A stretch of 34,902 nucleotides of DNA, from assembly GCA_044236265.1 (NCBI GenBank), contig JBIIGV010000015.1:1-34902 (forward strand), in the 5' to 3' direction. The notes below the pieces were generated by a model, which saw only the letters and a list, made by a program, of their open reading frames with translations, searched no databases and was not told the origin of the DNA. Source of the stretch: Oligoflexales bacterium (lineage in GTDB: Bacteria; Bdellovibrionota_B; Oligoflexia; Oligoflexales; RGVZ01). The translations under genes were made by a program, and so were the position numbers. Below are positions 27,066 to 34,902 of this stretch, piece by piece (positions within the stretch are counted from its first letter, which is position 1; the number at the start of each line of letters is the position of its first letter).

Positions 27066-29124
27066 TATCAACTTTTTCGGTAAATAACTGGGATGCCACG
27101 GTTTTCACAAAAACCGCCACTTCGCGTCGCTCCTCAAGAAAATCTTTGCTAATTGGAAGAAGATTCCCCAAACGATGGACATAAACTTTGCGTCCACCGT
27201 CGACACTCTTTGAAACCCAGTCTTTCAGCTGGTCAGCTGAGTAGGATGTCGCATCGTAAAGAGCTGAACGTGGTCCCTTGTAAACAAAATCTCCACCAGT
27301 TAACTTCAGCATTGCATCAGCTGTTTTCGCAGTGAATCCGGGCCCTGCCAATTGCATGATAACTTTACCACCCTTAGCAATAAAGATTCCAGACTGAGAA
27401 AACCCAGAGACTTTGCCCACACGAAAGTTTGGACTCCCCTGCATCAAAGGCAATAGCGTTAGATATAATCTCGGCGAATCAGTAACCATCTGAAATCTCA
27501 ATTCGTTTGCCGATGGGCGCGAAAAAATCATGGGTCGCTTCGAAGATTCGCCCTCTAGCGTAGACACACCAATCGCCAGCGGGACGTTATTCGAAGCATC
27601 TCTATAAGAGCAAATCTTAATTTTAAATTCGTCTTTCGCTACAGACACCCTCTGACCATTAGCATCCGATATTCTGGCTCCACCACGAACACCCAAGTCT
27701 GCGCACGCTAGGCCATCCATCATACTGTTTGCCGTCAAAGATCCGAAATCTTCAACGCTGAGATTTCTTTGCCCACCCTTCACATCCGTTATCTGCCTTT
27801 TCGAAGAGCCATTGCTCAGTTCTAGAAGAGGCTGCCATCCGGGCGGAGTTGAAGCTGGAGGCTTCAAACCGAGATCACCCAGCGGTCCTTTAATTTGTGA
27901 CAGTGGTTTAAAGGAGTAATAAATTGCTGTCACAGCAGACGTATCGAGTTTAATTTCTGTCCCTGCCACAGCGGGCGGCGGAGGTGATAGCGAAGCAGCT
28001 GGAACCATACGAACAGGGTCGGCGGCCTTCTTTACGGCAGAAAGACCGACTCCGGATTTGGAAGCTAATTTTAATGCACCGTCGGATATTTTTGGGCTAG
28101 TTGTCTTTGCCGTCACCGCCGACTTACTATTAGCAGACTTTTGCGAATCTTTTGCGGATTTTGACGTCGCGTCACCTATTCTTGACAACGAAGTTGCTGG
28201 CGGCGAACCCTCAGAGATTGGGGTTTGCGCAGCCGGCGTAGCAGCCCCGGCTAATCCGAACGCAGATGGCACAGGTACAGGATCTGGGATAGTGATGGCA
28301 AGGTCAGTCGCAATTTTCTCTAATAGGACGGGAGACAAACTCGCAATCGGCGGCGCATCAAATTCAGTCAAATCATCTGTTTGATCCTCAACGACCACGT
28401 TATCCCCGTTCAATCCATCTTCAACAGGATTTCCTACTAAACCGGGCACAGCGCCTGATGGAGTCAAATTTGTGGACGTCTGTGCAGCGCCATTACTCGG
28501 GGCTGATACATTAACTCGACCTTTTGACTGAGCCAATGCCGAAGTTTTGACAAAAGTCGTCCGCTTTCCTTTGAACTCTTGAATGCCTTTTTCACTTCTT
28601 AAAACACCTTTTTCTTCCTCAGGTTCAATATAAAAATCTCGTCCACCCGAGCGAATTATAATTGGGAACTGGGCAGAACTTGCGCCAGCAGTTTTGCTCT
28701 TCTCAATTCCAACAGATCCCGATGGCATGCTAAGAATGTAGGTCAATCCATTTTGTTGTCTGATTGCACTTAAGCTAACCGTTGTATCTTCGCCAATATT
28801 AGCAACTCTTCCGTCACCAAAATCAATCATAGCTTGAGATTTTCTACCTGTTGCCAAGCGATCTCCGTCAAATAAAAACTGGCTTGTATCGCCGATAAAT
28901 TTCCATCTTGTGTCCTCCTCACTGCGATATGTCACGTGATTTTGCGTCTTGCCAACCTTTGCAATAGGAGTCCCCGACAAGGCAAAAAACTTATCTTCAA
29001 ACAGTAGGAGGCTTCCGACACCGAAGACGGATGCCAGCCAAAGCACTATCACAAAGTTTTTAAACGTTGAAGAATTCAAGTATTTATTCCCGAATTTTCC
29101 CTTTTGACAAAAATTATCATCCAA
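27049..29124 (-). CDS. Membrane-anchored FecR-like domain protein with long low-complexity linker and unknown C-terminal domain
   Basis: N-terminal TM helix; 'LFDGDRLATGRKSQAMIDFGDG..ANIGEDT' FecR-like block; P/A/S/K-rich middle. Start uncertain (TTG 29124 or TTG 29079). Confidence 0.65.
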   Translation of the reverse strand: MDDNFCQKGKFGNKYLNSSTFKNFVIVLWLASVFGVGSLLLFEDKFFALSGTPIAKVGKTQNHVTYRSEEDTRWKFIGDTSQFLFDGDRLATGRKSQAMIDFGDGRVANIGEDTTVSLSAIRQQNGLTYILSMPSGSVGIEKSKTAGASSAQFPIIIRSGGRDFYIEPEEEKGVLRSEKGIQEFKGKRTTFVKTSALAQSKGRVNVSAPSNGAAQTSTNLTPSGAVPGLVGNPVEDGLNGDNVVVEDQTDDLTEFDAPPIASLSPVLLEKIATDLAITIPDPVPVPSAFGLAGAATPAAQTPISEGSPPATSLSRIGDATSKSAKDSQKSANSKSAVTAKTTSPKISDGALKLASKSGVGLSAVKKAADPVRMVPAASLSPPPPAVAGTEIKLDTSAVTAIYYSFKPLSQIKGPLGDLGLKPPASTPPGWQPLLELSNGSSKRQITDVKGGQRNLSVEDFGSLTANSMMDGLACADLGVRGGARISDANGQRVSVAKDEFKIKICSYRDASNNVPLAIGVSTLEGESSKRPMIFSRPSANELRFQMVTDSPRLYLTLLPLMQGSPNFRVGKVSGFSQSGIFIAKGGKVIMQLAGPGFTAKTADAMLKLTGGDFVYKGPRSALYDATSYSADQLKDWVSKSVDGGRKVYVHRLGNLLPISKDFLEERREVAVFVKTVASQLFTEKVDIIAFR

Positions 29125-29233
29125 ACCCTCATCATTGTTCTATCGGTAAAATTCGCCGAAAGTTTAGTTTTCACTCTCAATTTCCTGGATGGACGACCGA
29201 TGACAGCACTGAACATTCAAGGAACGGAGCATT

Positions 29234-31414
29234 ATGTCGCAGCGCTCAGCCCGACATTCATTGACAGCAAAACTCGCATACTTGATGACAATCGTCGTAT
29301 TGCTAAGCGTGATCCCTTTAACGCTTCAATTTACAAATAAATTTAGCGCCTACATTCTGCAAACCATCGAAGAATCGACGAATGTGATCGCCGAGAGATC
29401 TTCCGCCGATATCTCCGGAATTCTAGAGGGATGGATCGGACAGCTTTCGGTAACAACATCAAAGATGACGGCATCTAAAACAGATGCACAAGGCAATGAC
29501 CTAGAGCTTCAAGGCGCCATGCGAGCAGAGAGAGACTTCATCATTATGAAGCTTTATCTCATCGATGGAAAAAACTACAAGATACTCCGGCAAGCACAAC
29601 AGACGATTGAAAAAAGCAAGGACATGCCGCTGAAACCTGATCAGGTAAAGTCCCTGGATGGATCGATGAACGAACTTGCAAATTTTTTAGCATTAAATCC
29701 AGGACGATTTGAGGGTGATCGCTTCGTTAAAAATGTTTCGCCACGGACAGAGACTCCAACAGCCCTGATTGCTGTCCGTTTTAGAATTCCAGGTCAGACA
29801 TCGAAATTTGCCATGATGATGGCAGCCGCTACAATGACAAAAATCCAGTTGTCGCTACCTCAAAGCCGAACAACAACCGGTTACGTGATCACAACTGATG
29901 GCTCAATATTTGCGTCAACTAATGAGCAGCGATTGTTCAGCAAGAAGCCGGTCGAAAAACACGAGCTCGTGAAAATGGCTTTGCTGCGTCGCGCACCATC
30001 AGGCTTTTCACCTGAATTCTCCGGCGCTGACGGCAAGGCAAAAATTGGGTCGTTTGCGCAGACGCCAAAGGGATTTCGCCTCCTGACTATTGTTGAGCGG
30101 GACCGAGCTGCGGCATTTCAGGTCGTTCAAAAGACTTACATTAGGTCGGCGCTCTGGGGCGTTTTAATATTTCTTCTTGCTGCGATGACAAGCTTTATAT
30201 CTGCCAATGGCATCACAAAAAATCTACGAGACTTGGTCTCTGCTACTGCAAAAATCGCAAGTGGAAATTTCTCTGTCCGCGTCCAGCCCCGCAGTAGTGA
30301 CGAGGTATCTGAATTAAGCCATAGCGTGAACAACATGGCCACCCGAATTCAGATGCTTATGAGTCAAGAAGTAGAAAAGGCGAGATTTGAGAAGGAGCTC
30401 GAGACCGCCAGAATGGTTCAATCAACCTTTTTCCCCAAAAAGGACATCGTGAAAACCCACCTTGCAGTGACCGGAAGTTATCAACCGGCAACTGAATGTG
30501 GCGGAGACCTGTGGGGACATTACACCATCAAAGAAGGCGTGGAGCTAGTGTACATCGCAGACGCGATGGGACACGGGGCCCCAGCCGCTCTTGTCACAGC
30601 CATTGCTTACGCCGTCTGTCAATCAGTATCTATCTTCTTGAGCGAGAATAGCGGATTAGACCCATCTCCTGCAGCACTTCTTAGACGTCTAAACTCTATT
30701 ATTATGGATGCCGTCGACGGTAAAATCAGCATGACATTTTTTGTCGCAGTGTTCGATTTTAATACGGGCAAAGTGACTTATGCGAATGCTGGTCATAACT
30801 TCCCATTCATTTTAACAGGAAACAAAGATGACCCTCGGCTGGGAAAATCTGCAAAAAAAATGAGTCAAAAGATGCCAACGGTCCCAATTACCGTAACTCT
30901 GCAGGGAACACCATTAGGTGTCGACAAAGAGATCACTTATAACGAGAAGTCGATGGATTTTTACCCAGGTGATAAAATATTCCTGTTTACTGACGGTCTT
31001 ATTGAAAATCAACTAGTTGATCGCGATCCAATTGGACGAAAGGTGCTTGTTGACGCGGTATCGGCCTGGGGCGATCAAAATATTCTAGAGATAAAGAGTC
31101 GAACGTTATCGCTTGGCCAGCAATTTTTCGGTAGTGAAAACCTTCAAGACGATGTCACCATCGTCGTCGCAGAGGTTAGCAAGGCATGGGTTAGGCCGTC
31201 CAATGTTATCATTAATAATATGTCGGAGCCCCAGACTGTTCCTCCGCCGCCTCCACAAGCCATCGCACCAATTCCTGTAATACAGGAATTGGCTCTAGAT
31301 TTGGATGATGCAAAACCTCAGACTTTGCCAGTCTTTGATCTCGGAATTGATGACGATAAGCTTCTAGAAAATACCGAGAGCTCTACGCCTAAAAAACCAC
31401 TTTCAGCTGTATAG
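29234..31414 (+). CDS. Membrane sensor SpoIIE/RsbU-type PP2C phosphatase (periplasmic Cache-like domain + HAMP)
   Basis: Two TM helices; HAMP 'DEVSELSHSVNNMA'; PP2C motifs CGGD, ADAMGHG, NAGH, FTDGL, DDVT. Confidence 0.92.
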   Translation: MSQRSARHSLTAKLAYLMTIVVLLSVIPLTLQFTNKFSAYILQTIEESTNVIAERSSADISGILEGWIGQLSVTTSKMTASKTDAQGNDLELQGAMRAERDFIIMKLYLIDGKNYKILRQAQQTIEKSKDMPLKPDQVKSLDGSMNELANFLALNPGRFEGDRFVKNVSPRTETPTALIAVRFRIPGQTSKFAMMMAAATMTKIQLSLPQSRTTTGYVITTDGSIFASTNEQRLFSKKPVEKHELVKMALLRRAPSGFSPEFSGADGKAKIGSFAQTPKGFRLLTIVERDRAAAFQVVQKTYIRSALWGVLIFLLAAMTSFISANGITKNLRDLVSATAKIASGNFSVRVQPRSSDEVSELSHSVNNMATRIQMLMSQEVEKARFEKELETARMVQSTFFPKKDIVKTHLAVTGSYQPATECGGDLWGHYTIKEGVELVYIADAMGHGAPAALVTAIAYAVCQSVSIFLSENSGLDPSPAALLRRLNSIIMDAVDGKISMTFFVAVFDFNTGKVTYANAGHNFPFILTGNKDDPRLGKSAKKMSQKMPTVPITVTLQGTPLGVDKEITYNEKSMDFYPGDKIFLFTDGLIENQLVDRDPIGRKVLVDAVSAWGDQNILEIKSRTLSLGQQFFGSENLQDDVTIVVAEVSKAWVRPSNVIINNMSEPQTVPPPPPQAIAPIPVIQELALDLDDAKPQTLPVFDLGIDDDKLLENTESSTPKKPLSAV

Positions 31415-31421
31415 CAAAATA

Positions 31422-32138
31422 CTATCGATTTGCAGCGCCGCTGACTGAAAGAATCCATCCACAGCCGTATTTGGTTTCAAGCTGGCACTCGAAGCTTTGC
31501 TCAAATTTTTTCCTTAATCTCGACATATGACTATCAACAGTGCTCGAGGATACTTTCAAGCCAGCCCACACCTGGTCGATAAGCTCGTCTCTCCCTACGG
31601 CTGTATTCATAGCAGAAGAAAGTACCTGTACAATTCTGATTTCTTTTGGCGTCAGGGGTTCATCAACACCAGTAGCCAGGACGCGAAGACGGCCTTTGGG
31701 TATATTTATTTCTACATCGCCAAATGTTATGAAATCGGATCGAGATGATGCGCCGGAGTTACGCTTAGATGGCCTAATAAGCGACTTTATAAGTTTTGCT
31801 GTTTGGATCATATCACTAGGCCATCCAATATTCGCAACGCCCAATCCTTCTAGCAAGCTACGCTGTTCGTTAGTCAAATCACCCACAGCACAGACTTGTG
31901 ACGGGTGATGTTCACGTAAAAATCTGGATAAAGAGGCATGAATACTCATGACAGGATCGGATGGAGTCAGCCTTATGATGCAATATGCACAGTGATCGAC
32001 CGGGTCGTCAGCAATTGTTATCAATCGACCAAAGTTTCTAAGGCCGGCGATCCGTCGGATACCAAAAAAACCAGACAGCGTCTCGGCAAATTCATCTTGC
32101 CAATCATCAGGTTGACCAACGAGCCATACGGTAGACAT
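31422..32138 (-). CDS. OmpR/PhoB-type winged-helix regulator with degenerate receiver domain
   Basis: C-terminal 'LTPKEIRIV...RDELIDQVW...TVDSHMSRLRKK...ETKYGCGW'. The N-terminal domain lacks recognisable receiver motifs. Confidence 0.85.
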   Translation of the reverse strand: MSTVWLVGQPDDWQDEFAETLSGFFGIRRIAGLRNFGRLITIADDPVDHCAYCIIRLTPSDPVMSIHASLSRFLREHHPSQVCAVGDLTNEQRSLLEGLGVANIGWPSDMIQTAKLIKSLIRPSKRNSGASSRSDFITFGDVEINIPKGRLRVLATGVDEPLTPKEIRIVQVLSSAMNTAVGRDELIDQVWAGLKVSSSTVDSHMSRLRKKFEQSFECQLETKYGCGWILSVSGAANR

Positions 32139-32216
32139 GGGCGACCCTTTACAATTATGATGGGAGGGTGTCTGAAATTCGGATACATCTAATATTTTAT
32201 ACTATTTAGAGGTTTT

Positions 32217-33485
32217 ATGTCGCTCCACGAAGCTGCACCACCACTGGATTGGAACATCACCAAACAGGAGGTAAATCTCAATGAGATTCAGCAGGCTAGA
32301 TTGCGTATTGCTCCCTATGTTCCTCCAACACCCGTATCTAAAAGCCTGTCTAATACGGCTCTTCTCGGCTTCGAGATCTACTATAAACTCGAAAATTTTA
32401 ATATCAGCGGATCATTTAAGATTCGTGGTGCAGCAAACTCACTGCTTTCTCACCAAGGTCATCCCGGGGAAGAGGTGATCGCGGCAAGTGCTGGCAACCA
32501 CGCTCAGGGCGTTGCTTACATTTCTAAGTTACTTGGAAGAAAAGCAAAGATATTCATGCCAGAGAGAACTCCTATCGTAAAAGTTTCGGCGACGAAATCC
32601 CACGGTGCACAGGTTGTTTTGACCGGAACCGTGTACGACGATGCGTATGCTGCTGCGTCTCAATATCAAAAGGATAACGGTGGACTATTAGTTCACGCAT
32701 TTGCTGATGCTGCTGTGATTAACGGGCAAGGTACGGCCGGACTTGAGATTCTTGATCAACTACCCAATATTGGGGCCATTGTTATACCAATCGGCGGCGG
32801 AGGACTTGCAGGTGGCATCAGTTGCGTAGCAAAGACTATACGACCAGATATCAAAATAATCGGTGTTCAAACTGAGTCATTTCCTGCAATGAAACAATCC
32901 ATTGCCGCTCAAAAAATAACCGGCAGCACGTCCGGCATGACGATCGCTGATGGAATTGCAGTTAAAAGACCGAGCGCCAGAACCCTTTCGCTAGCAATGC
33001 ATTATTTGGATGAAGTTTTACTTGTTTCAGATGATGAGATCGCCGCAGCAATCATGAGCTTGATGGAGAAAGACCATGTGCTGGCCGAAGGTTCTGGTGC
33101 AGCCGGTGTTGCTGCACTTCAGGTTCACGGTGAGCATATAAAGAAGCTAGCCGGCGGCAAGCCCGTTTGTTGTGTTATTTCAGGGGGCAACATAGATGTA
33201 ACGCTGCTTGGACGTATTGCTAACCGTGGACTTATCACAACAGGCAGAATGATGCGATTCACTGTAAGAATGGCTGACCGACCTGGGCAGTTGGCTGAGC
33301 TTCTAAAAGCCCTTGGCAGCACAGGTGCTAACTTGATTGATCTCAGGCACAACCGGCATTTTGGCGCACTGTACTATAGCGATGTAGACGTTGAAATTGA
33401 CTTGGAAACGACTGATTTTGCTCATCAGGAGCTGATCAAATCAACCCTTGATTCATTAAAGATGAAGTATTCTCTTAGCTCTTAA
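32217..33485 (+). CDS. ilvA: Threonine ammonia-lyase with single C-terminal ACT domain
   Basis: KLEN..SGSFKIRGA (PLP lysine), SAGNHAQG, IGGGGL, ADGIAV, SGGNID, ACT 'DRPGQL'. Confidence 0.93.
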   Translation: MSLHEAAPPLDWNITKQEVNLNEIQQARLRIAPYVPPTPVSKSLSNTALLGFEIYYKLENFNISGSFKIRGAANSLLSHQGHPGEEVIAASAGNHAQGVAYISKLLGRKAKIFMPERTPIVKVSATKSHGAQVVLTGTVYDDAYAAASQYQKDNGGLLVHAFADAAVINGQGTAGLEILDQLPNIGAIVIPIGGGGLAGGISCVAKTIRPDIKIIGVQTESFPAMKQSIAAQKITGSTSGMTIADGIAVKRPSARTLSLAMHYLDEVLLVSDDEIAAAIMSLMEKDHVLAEGSGAAGVAALQVHGEHIKKLAGGKPVCCVISGGNIDVTLLGRIANRGLITTGRMMRFTVRMADRPGQLAELLKALGSTGANLIDLRHNRHFGALYYSDVDVEIDLETTDFAHQELIKSTLDSLKMKYSLSS

Positions 33486-33493
33486 TGAGCAAG

Positions 33494-34099
33494 CTACATC
33501 ATCCGACTGTTCCATGGTTTATATAAATCGTGTGGAATATCGAGCTGCTCAAGGATCTTTCCAACACAGAAATTGACCAGGTCCTCAAGGGATTTTGGCT
33601 TTTGGTAAAAACCTGGCATCAGCGGCAAAATCTCAGCTCCTGCCTCCGCCAACGCGGTCATATTTCGTAAATGAATTAAATTGAATGGCATCTCCCTTGG
33701 ACAAACAATCAATCGGCGTTTTTGCTTGAGCACCACATCTGCACTTCGCTCCAGCAAGTTGCTCGAAACACCGGTGGATATTCGCGCTAATGTTCCCATG
33801 CTACAGGGAGTCACTACCATCGCATCAGGAGCTGCGGTACCGCTTGCACAGGGAGCAAATAGATCATTGATTTTGAATGTTCGAATAACGGTGAGCTCTT
33901 TTTTAGAGAGCGCTCCAGCGAAACTTCGTCTCAAGATTGAATCGGAAGATAACTCGTGAGCTGCGACTTTTTCTCCCGTCTCAGTAACAACCAAATAAAT
34001 TCGATCCACAGATCCTAACAAAAGCTGAATCAGACGCTCTGCATAAATGGAGCCCGAAGCCCCAGTCACGCCAATCATTATTTTTTGAACGGGGCGCAT
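33494..34099 (-). CDS. ubiX: UbiX-family flavin prenyltransferase
   Basis: GVTGASG, ASG, PCSMGTL, RSADVVLK, PREMP, PGFY. Confidence 0.95.
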   Translation of the reverse strand: MRPVQKIMIGVTGASGSIYAERLIQLLLGSVDRIYLVVTETGEKVAAHELSSDSILRRSFAGALSKKELTVIRTFKINDLFAPCASGTAAPDAMVVTPCSMGTLARISTGVSSNLLERSADVVLKQKRRLIVCPREMPFNLIHLRNMTALAEAGAEILPLMPGFYQKPKSLEDLVNFCVGKILEQLDIPHDLYKPWNSRMM

Positions 34100-34100
34100 G

Positions 34101-34901
34101 TTAGGACTTCCCGTAAAAATCTAGCAGCGCGAAAAAGAAGAATACGACACTCACCAGCGCATTCAGATTAAAAAAAGCGACATTAATTTTTTTAGACGTT
34201 CCCTGCGTCATTGCATCCCTGATTAGCCAATGCTCAAAAGCGAGTATCAAGGCAACAAAGACAACGCCAATACCCCACAAAAATCCTGCGCCAAAATCAC
34301 GGCCAGCAAAATTTAAGCATAAAATCATAGCGACAAAAGATAGTCTGCTTAGCCAAATTGCTTTCTTGTGGCCAAGCATAGCTGGAGCACTGTGAAGACC
34401 GTTACTACGATCAAACTCTCGGTCCTGGAGGCTGTATAAAATGTCAAAACCGGCAGTCCAAAATGTCACGGCCATACCCAGTAAAATGATGGGACGAGTA
34501 ACCTCGTCGTACAGAGCCAACTGCGTGGCAATGGGCGCCAAACCCAAGCAAAAACCAAGATACCAGTGCGTGACCCATGAAATCTTCTTCATCAAACTAT
34601 AAAAGCCCAACACCAACAGTAATAGCGGTGACAAAAATCCTGCCAGATTTGACAGAGTAAAGGCCATGAGTACAAAAGCTACCGCACAACAGAAAGTGAC
34701 AAGCAGGTAAGCAGATTCATTGGCGCGCCCCGCAGGTAGTGCACGAGATTTGGTTCTCTCATTTTTCTTATCAATGTGTCGATCAAGATAACGATTGGCA
34801 CCCATTGCAAAGCTTCGCGCCAAAATCATACACGTCACAATCTGCAAACATCTTGTGACGGTTAGTCCGGATAATCCTGTCATGGTTAACGCAACGCCAA
34901 C
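34101..34901 (-). CDS. UbiA-family polyprenyltransferase (MqnP-like), 5' end outside window
   Basis: ARSFAMGANRYLDRHID..NERT..RALPAG, YSLMK, WTAGFDILYSLQD..FD. The frame stays open to the window edge. Confidence 0.9.
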   Translation of the reverse strand, partial: VGVALTMTGLSGLTVTRCLQIVTCMILARSFAMGANRYLDRHIDKKNERTKSRALPAGRANESAYLLVTFCCAVAFVLMAFTLSNLAGFLSPLLLLVLGFYSLMKKISWVTHWYLGFCLGLAPIATQLALYDEVTRPIILLGMAVTFWTAGFDILYSLQDREFDRSNGLHSAPAMLGHKKAIWLSRLSFVAMILCLNFAGRDFGAGFLWGIGVVFVALILAFEHWLIRDAMTQGTSKKINVAFFNLNALVSVVFFFFALLDFYGKS

Positions 34902-34902
34902 A

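Noticed and set aside
1..34902. Numerous 60-145 aa ORFs nested in or antisense to long CDSs (e.g. 2168-2605, 22271-22654, 24294-24665, 28058-28384, 31540-31908)
   Set aside because: Shadow ORFs of well-supported genes with no motifs of their own.
1..34902. CRISPR array, rRNA or intact IS element
   Set aside because: No regularly spaced repeats, rRNA-like sequence or transposase ORF seen.

Overview
Bacterial chromosomal window. Gene content (PD40-TPR-CHAT giant protein, FecR-like protein, SpoIIE phosphatase, several c-type cytochromes, futalosine-type UbiA/UbiX) suggests a Bdellovibrionota/Oligoflexia-like or related 'deltaproteobacterial' host; this is inference. The left part (1-12980) holds a YdbH/AsmA-like gene, a YdbL (DUF1318) lipoprotein and a ~2450-aa TolB-repeat/TPR/pseudo-CHAT lipoprotein, then a secreted hypothetical, an ABC1/UbiB kinase and YceI. 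The middle (12987-19287) is a ~6.3 kb island in the 3' end of tRNA-Arg(CCG). Its ends rejoin into a symmetric 52-bp attP with large-serine-recombinase geometry: 11-bp inverted arms mimic the tRNA T-loop and are shifted 5 bp relative to attB. No recombinase is encoded inside. Cargo is a DUF4258/DUF2283 pair, fragments of a group II intron RT and an SRPBCC gene, a Cys-rich pseudogene, and a three-gene lipoprotein/cytochrome c operon. The right part is mostly housekeeping and signalling: cytochrome c, cls, methylmalonyl-CoA mutase/meaB, a tetraheme cytochrome, an atypical IscA-like protein, FecR-like protein, PP2C, an atypical OmpR-type regulator, threonine ammonia-lyase, ubiX and a UbiA-family gene. 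All calls come from motifs read by eye; no searches were run.
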